Of a stretch of DNA of 52,323 bases, positions 37,440 through 50,542 are shown piece by piece (the first letter of the stretch is position 1; every line of letters begins with the position of its first letter). Below the pieces are notes generated by a model that searched no databases, had not been told where the DNA came from, and saw only the letters and a list, made by a program, of their open reading frames with translations. Source of the DNA: Toensbergia leucococca (Eukaryota); contig JALDZS010000165.1 in the NCBI GenBank assembly GCA_022813965.1, positions 1-52,323 on the forward strand. Reading direction: 5' to 3'. Both the position numbers and the translations under genes were made by a program.

Positions 37440-38424
37440 TGGTATGAGAAACTGGAGATTGAGAGTTCGATGAGTTTTTGTGCCGGGGTGATGGTCGCAT
37501 GGTTTCTTCCGGCGGAGGGTAGGGGGGTTAGGGGGATAGAGAGAGATGAATGTGGCTTATGGGACATGAGGGATGAGCAATATGTGCATGAAAGGAAAAT
37601 GAATTTTTTTTTCACAGTTTGGCATGGGATTTGGATGTTGGCCTGAGGCGTATTGGATCTTCTTCCCCCCCCAAAGAGCATGTTGAGCCAGAGGGAGCCG
37701 CTGGGGTGGTTTTAATTTTTCTTGTTATCTGTGGCGGGAGAAAATACTCGATGAACACAAATTTGTTTTTCTAGAGAAACGGGAATGGATTGGTTTTTTT
37801 TTTCTGCCGACCTTGGTACCTAAGTGTAACTTCTTTCAAGTACATAGGGGGCTAGCAAATGAATGAATGAACCCCTTTACACAACAATACATACAATATA
37901 CATATATGAAACAAGAAAAACCTTATTCATTATTTTCCTTTCCCTTCCCCTCATCAATGAATAAAAAACACTTATTCTCATATAACCTTCATAAAGAAAA
38001 CTGATAGAAAGATTGATAGATAAATATCTAGATCTTCATTCTCATGATTCAATCAAGTGAACTCCCAAAAGCATAAGTAACCCAAGACTAACAGTCCGCT
38101 ATATAGTCCATCAATACCTAAAAGGCCTTGTGGGTGAGTGGATGGATGAAGAGATGGGGCGAGTGGAGAGTGGGAAAGGGATAAGGTTTGAGCGGGATGA
38201 GATGGCTAGATCTAGAGCAAAGGCAAGGGTGGGAGGCAAGGAGGGAGGAGGGAGAGCGCCCATCACCAGCATGGGTAAGTCATGGTCCGCGATTTCATAG
38301 TGTAGAACCATCTTCCGCATTCAATCTCTCAAGTCCATACACCATATAACACAAAACAGGATAAACCCCCCCTTGAGAAAAAAAAAGAAAAATTCAGACC
38401 AAAACCCCATCCACACACCCCCCC

Positions 38425-41400
38425 TCACCCCCCTGCCCCCAATTCTCCAACAGCAACACTCGTCCTCTCCACTCCCCCAACGACCAATACCACCCCCCCC
38501 GCCCCTCTCCAATCCACCTCACAGCTCAGTCCCGCACCCGCCGGGCTAGGCGGAGGCCGCTCACCCATCTGTTCCGCAGCACCGTTCGGATCGACGGGCC
38601 TGATATCGAGGGTTGGGTAGAGGAGGTAGCCGGTTCGTTGGGGGAGGAGGAAGATGGGGAAAGTGAGGGGTTGGGATTCCTATCTAGAGCGTGAGTGGGA
38701 GCTTGAAAAGTGGGAAAGAGGGAGGAAGGGAGAATGGAGAGGTACTTTTGCGGAAAAGTGGGTTTTGCGTTGGCCGGCTATGAGCCATGTATCTGGGCTT
38801 GCTTGGATTTCAAAGACGAAATCTAGGGGACTGTTTGAGAGGGGTGGTGGTATTGTGGTGTTGCGGATGTTCCATTGGCGGGTGTGTTGGATTGTTAGCT
38901 CTGCAGGAATGACCTCGCCGAGAGTGGCTAGGTATGTTTCTGTTTTGGAGGGAGTGGGAGTGTCGAGGAGACGGAGTTGAGCGGTATGGACGATTTGCAT
39001 TTGAGGTACGTCGACTGGGATGGTGATATAGTGGCTTAGTTCGCTTTTGTGGGAAATGGGGATGGGGATGGTGGTGTGGGTCTATAAATCGTGAGTAAGA
39101 TTTTGGAAGGGTTGTCAAAAGATACGGACCTGGTGCCAGCTTATGAGCCATTGCAACAGCTCTTGTTGACGGTCTGGTTGCAGTCCTGCGAGGGTCGGAC
39201 CCCATTCATAATCTTCAATCGTACCCGTTTCGACTTCGCGCAGAAGACCAATGGTTTCGAGATCCTGGACTGAGAGTCTCGAACGTAGTGTGCGTAAAAG
39301 CGCAGGTAAGAGAAGCTGAGAGAGTTCCAAAAAAGAGGTCGTCTTCAAGGCATCCAAGAAAGCGACCTCGACTGCTGCACAAATTTCCTCATCCAAGCAT
39401 CGATACTCGACGTGCAGAGACAGATTTGTTTGTAGAGCAAGATTACTTGAAGCGGAGTTCTTTCTCGGCTTTCGACTGATTCTGGATATCATGGAGCAAG
39501 GTTGTCGAACAAAAACATCAAGCTCATCACCACCCAAAGACGGCGAAGTTGACTCGAAATCGGCGGTTCCCTCAAGATGACAGCGTAAAAGCTGCAGAGG
39601 GATTGAATTCGCAGTGCTGATGGTGAACTTGGAGAAAAGGGCCGTGTGTTTGAAAATATCTTGAACATTGACATCCAACGGTAGGACAACAGAAAGCTCA
39701 GTATTACAGGCGTAAGTGAAACTTCCGTTGGCTGTCCGATAGGATATTTCAGCCTTGACTATTATATATTTGAGATCACTATCAAGACGGTAGGGGACCT
39801 TTATTTTTGTATTTGTTTCGACGGGCAGTTCCCCAAAGTCAATGTTTCCAGGTTGAGTCTTGTCTAGAATGGCTGTATCACCAGCGACAAGCTCTGCGTC
39901 TGCTGTGTGAAGACGAAGCCCGGCAGAGCCAGCTCGTACTACGACTTTGCCCCCAGAAATAGAATTCCAGCCACTTGAGATATTAATCTCAATGGATTTT
40001 GGTCGGTCGAGATGAATTGTCTTGCAGAGTGATATTTTTGCCTTGAGAGCTGTAGATCGAGGCCAGACAAGGACCCCTAGTTGATCGTTTGGCCCATTGG
40101 AATCCGAGGCGACGGATTCCCTAGACCCTGTAAACAGTGCACCACTACTTACCTCAGGTGCTAGGTCGTGAGTGAAGATGATGTTGTCGGATTGAATAGT
40201 GATCTTATCCAAAACGAACCATCCAGGTATCATTATCTTCCCAAGTCAGTACTTGAACTCCGCACAAGGTGATACAGTGACAAACATTTGATCCAACGAG
40301 GATTTTGACTATTCCAGGCTTCAAAAGTTCGGAGCCTTCAGCTGTAAGCCATATCTCGTTGCTTTGCACCTCTCCAGCATTGACTATCCTCACTCTGACC
40401 TGTTGAGCTTGTAAATCATCTTGCATAATATACTGCAGCTGTAGCATTAACTGAAACCCATCCTGATCTTTGTAGTGTCGAGGATACGGGTCTAATACTA
40501 TATCATCGAAGTATTTGTCCATTGGGACGAGTATCATTTGTTTTAGCCCTTTTGAGATAGACAAGGCTTCTTGGAGGTATCCCGCAGTATCCGCAATTTC
40601 GTAATTCGACATACTTGCGTTGAGAGGCTTTCGTCTTTGTCCTGTATTAGCTATACCCGAAAGAGCTGGGTATCCTCTTTGAATCATTTTGGCAAGGATT
40701 TTAAGAAGGACCCGCGCGTACTCCTCGAATCTCTCAAGATGCTTAAGACATTGTGCATAAGTATCAAGCATGCTCATTTCTAGACGCGTCCAATTATCTT
40801 TGGCGTAAAAAGGGGCCAGTTGGTGGAACAGTGAGGCGGCTGCCATGTAGTCTCCTAAATGACTTTTCTTTATCAGCTTTCACAAAATGCACTAGAGCAC
40901 AAGGTCTCGTACAATCGCATCACAGCCATATCTGCAGTCATTCCCTCGGCAGATTTATGTTTGTCACCCAGCACATAGAGCCCTAAAGCTGATGCCGTCA
41001 AGTCCTGGGGATATCATCAGCATCACCTCAGCATTCATCTAGATGCGTCAATTTACTTCATAAACGTCGTGAAATGCGTGTTTCGAGCTCATAGCATATC
41101 GTAAATCGTCGTCTCGTATCCCAGCTAAATTGATAGCTGTAGCTGTCTCGTGATCAATGTGCTCTTGATTCGTGTCCTTGACTTGTTCATCTTCCAAAGA
41201 AACGTCGTCCAGCTTGCTAACCCGTGACCAGGTTTCAGAAGTAAGATGAGGCCAGCCGTTGTCCCAGCCGTGCCTAAGTCCAGCCGTACTTAGAGCACGT
41301 CTAGCCAAAGTATACAAATCTCCCCTCTCGGCAGCTAATTCTTGAGTACCAGTTTGTGGTTGATTAGCGGGCAATGGTTTGCCAAGGTCTGGTGGAAGTC

Positions 41401-43324
41401 CAAAGGGAGTTTGCGGCTGAAGCATTGGTTTTGCCAAAGTAGTAGGATCAATTTGGAGTGAACTATTCCGGGTGGGCAGATCTGCTCGCTGAACAAGGGG
41501 AATTGTTTCAGAAGGTGTACCGTGGGGGATTGCATTATGATCAAACTTATTATCGGACTTTGCTCGATAAGTAAGAGGATATAATTGAGTTGAAAGAGAC
41601 TCTACTGATGTCTTGTCAAGAATGTTATAACAAGCCGAGAAAGTCCAAGAGGCAACCAGGTTCTCGACAATCACAGAACGCACATTTTGATGAGCAGTTC
41701 CATTTCCCCCTTGAGGTTCTGAAATTCCCTGGGTTGCTCGTCTGAGATCTTCACGAATTGTTAGGGGTGCCAAAGTGATGAATTCTATTGCACGCCGGCA
41801 GACTTCTGCAAGGATTAATAAATTGCTTGGCCCCTTTCCAACCGAGCTCGTCATAAATTTGGGATCTTTTGACTGGGTTTCATTGCTAGGGACTGTTTCT
41901 TTAGATGAGGACTGATTTGTTGCAATCTCTTTATTAGGAGAAGCCACATTTGCCACTCGTAAAAGCAGAGAAATCTGACGCGCAAAAACATAGCACTGAA
42001 AATCAAATGCTGATATGTTGTTCGCAAGAATGAGTTCACGAAACGGCTTCCTGTCTGTATCTAGTATCAAGGCGCCCAAATCCCTCGGCAGCGTCGTGTT
42101 CGACTCACTGCCAACGTTGGGTTTGTCTTCCTCATGCAACCTTCTTGCTTGTTCAAATTGTTCTAGTAGTTCTTCAGTGTAATCTCGAAAAAGTCCTCCG
42201 CGTTGTTCCGTCGAAGCATCATCGTTCTGATTGCGAATAGTTGCATCAAGCCCTGCGGCAAGCTCATGGTAACTTGTCAATGCATCATCAATCAAGCCAA
42301 CGCTCTCAAAGCCTCTTGCTAGACCCTCCTTGAGGACGAAAAATGTACAAAAGTTCCAGCCTGGCAAAGTTCTCTGCGATTCTTTTTCCTTGATGTCTTC
42401 CTCATATTGGGTGACTCGTAGATCAAGGGAAGCTAGAACCAGAGACTTCATCTTGGAAATTAGATCAATCCAACCCGAGTCATCCTCGTGCAATTGTTGT
42501 TCTCCAGAATTTCCTTGCGGAGATGAAACGCCAGGCACGACCGGATTTACCGGAAACTGAATTTGAGCAACGCGGTCCACAGCAGACTTTGACGATCCAT
42601 TGAAGTCTGCACGTATCTTTTCGAGTACGCTCGTGGAGCTCCTAGTAGGCCAACGGGATGAGCCAGAGGCTTTATCCGTGATTTTACCACTTCGCGGGAT
42701 GCTAGACGCCCTAGACTCAGACGCAGCGTCCGTGATGATGGGAACAACATGAAGTATGAGCCACTCAAATGCATCGTGGTTCTCTTGATTATTGACCGTA
42801 TTGCTACTCTGAGACGGGGGCGTGTGTTCCTTGATCCATTCTCGCAGCAACCTCCGTGATTCGGCTTTGTACGTCTCTGTATCCTCACAGCGGAGAATAT
42901 AAAGTTTCAGATATGGGGTTTGTCGAAGACCAGGGATCTGGTGCCTTCTTTCTTTTCTTCCATCGAGCCCTGGTGTGTTAAGGCCAACCTGAGAACTGTT
43001 GTGTGGAGAAAGGACGGGATTCGGGGTAGATAGTCGGGCCTTCGGTAGGGCAGGATCTGTAGGCGAAGTAAGAATGCGTCTGTCATCTGGTACGAGGTCG
43101 ATGTGTAGTGCATTGATGGAGCGTAAGGGGCGCGAAGGAGAATTCCAATGCAGGTTTCGCAGCGGGAGCCGTGAAGATAGAGGCTGAGAGATCAAAGGAT
43201 AGATTCCAGATGGATCGCTGTATTCGACTTTGGTACACATAGCGTTAGCATGTTGGACGCGTACAACAGTATTTTGGTATGTACCTGTGACTTTGCTAGA
43301 GCTCGAGGCTGTAGGCTGTTCCAT
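38425..43324 (-). CDS. TRS130: TRAPP II complex subunit Trs130/TRAPPC10, multi-exon
   Basis: RLPLRNLHW, RRHQIPGLRQTPYL, TLPGWNFCTFFVLKEGLARGFESVGL, VNVQDIFK, WLIAGQRKTHF|ESQPLTFPIFLLPQRTGYLLYP, SCEVD; stop at 38425-38427. Confidence 0.92.
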
Positions 43325-43972
43325 AACAAGGCTTCCGTGAGCATGACGCTACAAATGCCATTGTCGGATTCCTGTCATGCAACAAAGAAACATGCAAAGA
43401 GAGTTGGAGTGATAATTGGTACGAGTACGACTATTGTTTTACTGGTACCACTGGCGGGCCTTTGAATTTCCGTGCGTTTAATATTCTAAATACCTTCTAC
43501 GTCATACTCGTACCATCACTCCCATCACTGCCATCTACATACCCCTTTCTCTTTCTGCCTTTGCAGATAAAACAAAATAAAATCATGGGATCAATGCCAT
43601 CTGTGCCATTGCCTAGATAAGATATTCGGAAGACGCACAATCTATGAAACATGGCAGGTAAGCTGCGAGCTTCCTAAATTGAATCAAAGTAGATGAGTGA
43701 TAAGTACAAGTAAATTGAAGTGAATTCAAGTAAATTTTGCCGCCAAATAGCCGAACATAAAGATACTCGTACCTTGACAGAAACAAGTCCAACGCCCCCT
43801 TCATCAATGAACAGAGATTCTATTAACCACTGTCATTACTCGTGTGCTATTCTTTTCACTTTCCCAGCCTGTTACTGGTATGAACACACAAAGTCCCCAC
43901 CAACGCCTTCACGGCTGCCTTGGTCCAAATCCCAGTGAAAACTCCGGCAGCCTTCTGGAAAATATCCACCTG

Positions 43973-46900
43973 TCACAATACGCATACCGACCGCTCTTGG
44001 TAGTATGCGATTGCCTTCCAAACAATTTCACAGAGCTTAGGTGTTCCTTCCCAGAGCCATAAACAAATGACCGCGAATAAGATTGGTAACTGTATATTTG
44101 TCAGCCCCCAAATGAATCTTACGGCCAGGCAGGGTGTCATTTACCCAGACAACGAACAACTTCTTGTCATTTTGAATTTTGGTTTTCTTCTTCGATTGAA
44201 CTACCACCAATAGCTTATTCTCTTGCCATGTCACGCCACTCTCTTGTCCTTTCCTTACTTCCGTCGTCGAAGAACTTTCAGCCGATCTACCAATCTCTGC
44301 TTGGTCAAAATTGAGAGCACATTTTTCGTCCAGTGCTGCATCGGCACTCGCAATGAGAGCTGATGATTTCTTGGTATCCAAATCTTGCTGGGCTTCTTGA
44401 GGATAGATCTCCTCATATGCCGGAGGAGACGGTTCTGGAGGCGGTGGTGCTGAAGCGTATGACGTTGATCTGAACAGATCCCACCAATTAGATTCGCTCT
44501 CCCTCCCGTCTTGAGGGCAATCAGAAGACGTCCCCGGACGCGAGTGACGTGGAACCAAAGAGCTAATCCGCCGTACCATTGGGTTTGCCTGATAATCCGG
44601 TAGGTTGGGCATAGGTGGCAACGTTGGCAGCTGCAGATGCGGTAATGTCCAAGGAACGCTATTCTGGAATTGCTGGATTTGGGCTGCAAGTTGATCCCTC
44701 CATGCAGCCAAGGCAGCAGGAGCTGCTAAACCCCTGGCATCCCCAGCCAGATTTTCCGGCGAATGCTCTGTAATGAGGGTCTGTTCTGCAACTATACTAT
44801 TTCTCCTTGACTGAGCCCAAAGTTGAGCTGGTGTCATAGGATGCACTCTTGCAGCACCAATCACTCCCTCGTCTACTAAATCTTCATCATCACTATAGTC
44901 AGGGGAAATTTGCACCGAGTCGGTCAACGATGGCGCGTGGCGGCTCGAGCTAAACGAGTTCGTACTGCTAGAACGGCTCTCGCGCGAGAAAGAAGTGGCC
45001 CCGGCGCTTCTCGGACGCGGACGACATCCGATGATACTAATTGCCTTCGAGACTTCTTGCGAAGATGCCATGTCTATGGGAGTGTACCCGCGCAAGCTTC
45101 GGAGTGTTGGATCGGCCCCAGCTGAGCAGAGTCTCCGAACGATCTGTGCATGTCCTCTCAGAGAAGCCATGTGCATGGGAGACATGCCATTCTTATCCCG
45201 TAGGTCTGGGTTGGCGCCACGTGCAAGAAGCCCAGCCAGAAGGCGATGATACCCAAGCGATGCACTCAAGTGCAACATACTCTGCCCATTTGACCGCTGA
45301 AGATTGAGTCGCGCTTTATATGGACTATCGTCAAGGTCTATGAGATCAAGGCAGGACAATAAAGCCGTCTCCAAATCCATCGAATCGACAATGGAAGAAT
45401 TTGAAAAGAATGATTGGCGTTGTTGGTCGCCTGACTGCGTTGAGCCACCAGTCCATGCCCCTGTCCCTGACGCATGTGCATGGACGTTGATGAGTCTTTG
45501 GGCAATTTCGCGTGGGTCAGCTCTGCCACTGACTTTCGAATTTACAATAGCTAGAGCTTGTCTCATAAGTTCTTCTTCATCGTCGTCAATATACTCAAAG
45601 TAAGCTAATTGCTTTGGTACATGAGGCGATGAGTAGCGTTGCGTCTGCAGCTGTTGTTGATAAATATGCTTGAAAGTGACCTGGACAACTCCTGCCTGTA
45701 TAGCAGGCGGTAAGAGGCACACTAGAGTTGTCTCACCCCAGTAGGTCGTTGTTGTCGCGAGAGAGTCACCAAACATGACTTCCAGGCCGGGGCAGAAGCC
45801 ACTTCCTAGGCAGATTATCTCCATTCCGCCAGATTTAGAACCTTTGCCGGGGACCAATCTATGAATCGTTGGAGGTCGCTGCGAATTCATTGAAGGAGGG
45901 AATTGGTAAAATGAGTTCATTACGGCTTGCACATCTCCTTGAGGTAGACCACCGTTGTTAGGCCGCGGGCCAGTGGTGGGGCTTGGCACTCGACTTGGAC
46001 GAGCTGAACTTGGCGCAGAAAACATTTGCGGGAACCTTGAAAGATTTTCCATACTTTGTGATCTGTTTGCAAGTGCAAAGAGCCCGTTTTCAGTACCGTT
46101 CGGCGTTGGTGGACCGGTACTGAAATGAGAAGGCATAGAAGATATTGAGGAGCCAGTCGAGAAATCATATGAGGGTGGACCATAAGTAGGGGCAAATGGT
46201 GACGTCGCTGCAGATGGTGTGCCAGCATTGGACATGGTCGGAGGCTGCGAGGTTTGTAACCTTGTCATTGTCAAGCCATCCGGTAACCTTCCTGATCCGC
46301 TAGGTTTCCTTCTCTTATGATTCGGTTGCGAGGGAGCTGAAGGAGAAGCCTGCCGCGAGAGGTTACGAGGGGTAAGAGTGGTGGACGTGGATTGAGATGC
46401 ATTGGACGGCATTGAAAAGGGTGTCATTTGCTGCATAGGCTGGGGATTATGATTTTGCTGGAGCCTCTCAAGGTCCGTTGTCGAAAGTGATTGCCGGTAC
46501 ATGCCTGACGAGCTATAGTTGCTGATAGGTTCTCTCGCAAAAACTCCAGCTCCAGTGAACATAGCACTCGGAGGCATTGCAGTAGGAGGTGCATGAGTTT
46601 TATGATCGTCTGTAATTATGATTGGATTCGTCATCGCCTGCGCAATTACCACATCTTGGTAATCCTTGATTGTGAAGATGACCCTAAGGCGAAATTAGCC
46701 AGGTGGACATGGTATGTTGGGTAAGATTGAAGTACTGAAACCCATATTTCTCATTTTGATGGCGGCAGTAGCAAGCAATCCGCATTGGTACATCGACTTG
46801 CATGGCGCCCTCTGGAAGGGTAATGAGGGGGGGAGACTCCGTGCCAGACTCCCCAGTACTCTGCGAGTTCGATCCTCCCGCGCTCGTCCTAGCTTTGGAT

Positions 46901-48391
46901 TGAGACGGTTGCTGCCATTCCTTCACCTCCTGAGTATTGAACACAATGATTCGTTTTGCTTCATCCTTTTGCCATGATTCTTCTTCCTCGGGCTTTTTCG
47001 ACTTTTTCCTTGCGGCCCGCTTTCGCTCCCGTGTTATACAGCCAACACAGATATTGACGGGTCCGCCGTTCAGCGGTTGATTCTCGTCGTCATCTGCTAA
47101 AGGCACATCTCCAGAAGATAATCGGCGACTATCCCCATTGGTAGCGGATGCTGTCCCAGCCGCGCGAGCAAAAGCTCTTCGAGTCTTGGTTATATCTTGC
47201 ATTGCACTCGTACAAACAAGCATGGCAGTAAGTTCAGCCATCTCGGCTGACCTAGCAGGCGTGGGTTTTACCTGGAGTTTCGGTTTAGACATGCACTCTG
47301 GCGGCAGATGAAGCTTTGTGATCCCTGGAGGTACAGGGCAAAGGGTCAATTTGATAGGAATTTGAGTCTCCACGCGGGATTTTGCAGGAGTTTGATCTAT
47401 CGTTAACGTCGACGTAGGTACAAACGAGCCGTAAGCAGGACGAGATGATGCAGAAGGGGACATGAAATGACCATTCATTGCAGGGGGTTTGAAGTTTGTA
47501 GATTGCGCGCTACTTGAGATATCGTGGTTCACGGACATAGGATTGTACGGCCACATGGCTATCTGACTTGTCTCGTTCAACATGGCGCCGCTAACATAGT
47601 CATTCGGACCTGAAGGTAATCCATGCGCATGTTGTAGGATTGGAGGTGAGATACTTTGGCTCTCGGTTATGGCTGACAGAGGGGGGATTCCTCGAGTGTT
47701 CTGCGAGGACAGATAAGATTAACACAAAATGTACTAAGTTAAATGCTCTACCATATCCATGAAACACAATGAATCGGTATCTTACGGGCTTAAAATGATG
47801 ATGTGATGCTACACCAGGAGCGCCGAAGGGTCGATAAGGCATGTGCACGTCGTCGCGAGGTCTATTTTTGACAAATTTCTTCGAATCTACGCATCCACTC
47901 GGGCTACTGGCGGCGCTCTCAAAGTCAAAATCGTTTTCCATGGCCTGATCGCTGAAGGCGACATTGGTGTCGTCTAGAAGAGGAGCGTTTTTCCGGTCAT
48001 CTGCAAGGAGCAGATCGTCGGGTTTCCATTCGGCCATTGTAGCATCTCTACCGAGCAAGATTGATCGAGATGAATTTGACGAATTATGGCGCTTATGTCG
48101 GCCAGACGAGTCAGACGAAGAGTCGTGTAAGGAGCTTTGTGGAGACGGAGAATCGTCGGAATCAACCATTGCGAATTGCATGGCGGGAGGATTGTGACGT
48201 ATAGGAGACCGATAAGGAGAATTTGGTAGAGGGTCATCGACATAGAGAGGGCCGGGTGAATCTTCAGACATGGCCGAACTGAAGAATTGAACATTTACAT
48301 CTTCCATTATACCTGCCATAGTGGAATCCAAGCCCCCTGGCGAGTCCAGAGAAGGTAACGAAGAGGGAAAAGGGTCGTCGGCGAAGGCCAT
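43973..48391 (-). CDS. MGA2: Mga2/Spt23-like membrane-bound transcription factor (IPT/TIG + ankyrin + C-terminal TM)
   Basis: KSRVETQIPIKLTL, CITRERKRAARKK, MRIACYCRHQNEK, IITDDHK, IPT domain (PTIHRLVPGKGSKSGG...LVCLLPP), ankyrins (GQSMLHLSA, GMSPMHMA), NDKKLFVVW|LPILFAVICLWL. Confidence 0.92.
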
Positions 48392-49437
48392 GACTGTATT
48401 GTCGTTGCGAATTTTCAGAGTTACATCTGTTTATCGCTTAAACGAATAGGATCGAGGATTGAGGATCGATGCGCAGTAAGCGTGTCGAGGGGAGAGTGTC
48501 GGGGACAATGATGCTATTCAATGGAGTTCAATACTCCTGGTATTGGCAGGCTACTGACAAGACATTGTTGAGTTTTCGAGTCGTGGCCGTAGTAGCGAAG
48601 TTACTGTCCGGGATGGATTCCGGGACGAAGATGTGGAAGGGTCACGAATTGGGGCAGCTATGTCCAGATGATAAGCTAGTATGCATGTAGAGGTATTAAT
48701 GTGAGCGGCCTTGGAGTAGCAGACTGAGTGAGAAATGGTGATGGGTTGTGATTGTGGTGAATGTAGACTTGTAGAGTAGAAGTGGGAAGGCGGCCTGTGG
48801 AGAAGCGGGAAAGAAAGGGCCGGTAGAATAGACTTGACGCACCAAGAATCAAGACCCTAACGCTAGAGGCGCTAAAATGGATTCAGCAATGATGTCTTAA
48901 TCCTGTAGAATGAACAATCCATCTATTAATTCTTCTACCTGTAGAGCACCTAAGTGAGCTAGAAGGTACCTAGGGAGTACTCGATAGCCGTTAGCAATAG
49001 CATCAATTCTAGTTTACCCCTTGAACCGCCTCTTCCGATTCTTCTTCTTGAATTACCTAGAGTACTCGTATTCTATGCTTACGAGTGCAACTCGGCATGC
49101 GCCCTATCGCCTGCCCCGCCTCGGTGATCAAAATAACTCGCAGCAAAGTTCCCTTTTCCAAGCTTGTGCCATCCCTGCTTCGCCGAATTGCGACGCCGAA
49201 ACCTAAATCTCTTCTCATCGAGATCCTCGATAACCTACTCCGTATCTCCCTACCTTACCTGACTCTTGCTTGCCTATCTATGTCCACAAATGTTCAACAT
49301 GTTGCTGATGATGTCCTCAAATGACTGGAATGAAGCATACAGACATAGCCATTCTAAAAGGTACGTACATACTTCGTCACAAGTCCAACTAAATTGAATG
49401 AACTTGATCAATGCAAAGGTATTTCAATCCTCTTTAA

Positions 49438-50363
49438 TCATGGTACCCCTTTGCCTTCTCTCGTTGCTTTTGCCAACTCGCTCTGAGCCGTGTTATCCGC
49501 ACTGTATCGCCATGTCAGTCTCTGCCATGAGAAACTTCAATCGATCAACTTACTATCTTTGATAAATCGGTAAATAATGTTCTCGCTCGCTGGTAGTCTT
49601 TGTAATACTCTTCCTGTCGTCAATTGCAGCTAGCCATTCTCTCCATCGAGCCCACGGCTTTTCATTTTCTGCACCCTTGCTCTCGTCAGGTATACCAAGA
49701 CCTCCCTTATAATAGTCAAAGATCCAAAGACGGACGGCCCATGGAGCCATGACAAAGTCGATCAAAGAAGGCTCTTTACCCATGAAAAATGGTCCTTCTT
49801 TACTCATCGCTTCGGTGAACTGCTTCAGCTTGTCCAGGAAATCCGATCGAACGTTGTCTATCGTCGAGGAAGAGTGATCAGGTTGGAATTGCAAGAAGCG
49901 ATGGAAACTTGGTATGATCCTTGATGTCACAAAGTCGGTCCAGATCCTCAGCTTGGCTTTCGCATACGGGTCTGACGGAAGGAGCTTCAGCCCGTGGTCC
50001 GGGTACGCATCTTCCAAAAACTCGCATATCACAGTTGACTCGTAAAGAGGCTTGCCATCATATTCAAGAGTTGGGACAAGGCCTCTTGGGTTGAGCTTGA
50101 GCAGGCTTTCAGGCTTGTGGTATGGATTGACCTCGATATATTGGTACGGGATTTTCTTTTCTTCCAAAACAATCCAGACTCGTTGAACTGCAAGTTATGT
50201 CTCAATGAACGATTTTGTGTTCCGACTTTTGAGCATTGTACGTACCAAAAGGACAGAACCACCCAGCATATAGTTTCAGTGGCTCTGAACCGCTGTGTTT
50301 ATCCACAGTTATTCTGGCGCTTCCAGTGGCCACAGGGTGAAGGTCTGCATCTGGAGGGGCCAT
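49438..50363 (-). CDS. Glutathione S-transferase with a CPF active-site motif (omega-like), 3 exons
   Basis: LYAGWFCPF|VQRVWIVLEEK, NPRGLVPTL, ESTVICEFLED, GPFFMGKEPSLID; last exon ADNTAQSELAKATREGKGVP*. Confidence 0.92.
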
Positions 50364-50542
50364 TACAGGGCATGTACGTAGATATACTCGTAGCACTTTG
50401 TTTATATGAAATATACGAGTTCAAAAATCTCGAAACAAAATGCTCTACTCGATAAGTAATTTTATATCCTATTAGTGATGTCACTCTGTCTTGCCCTTCT
50501 CTGCCCCTCTTCTTTACTTCCTCGGGCACATGCAGGCATAAT
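50364..50542. promoter_or_regulatory. Compact bidirectional promoter region between the GST gene and TAD3
   Basis: Head-to-head start codons separated by only 179 bp, with AT-rich and pyrimidine tracts. Confidence 0.6.

Noticed and set aside
38111..38320. Small gene between the convergent 3' ends
   Set aside because: The open frames are explained by purine/pyrimidine skew, and there is no recognisable homology.
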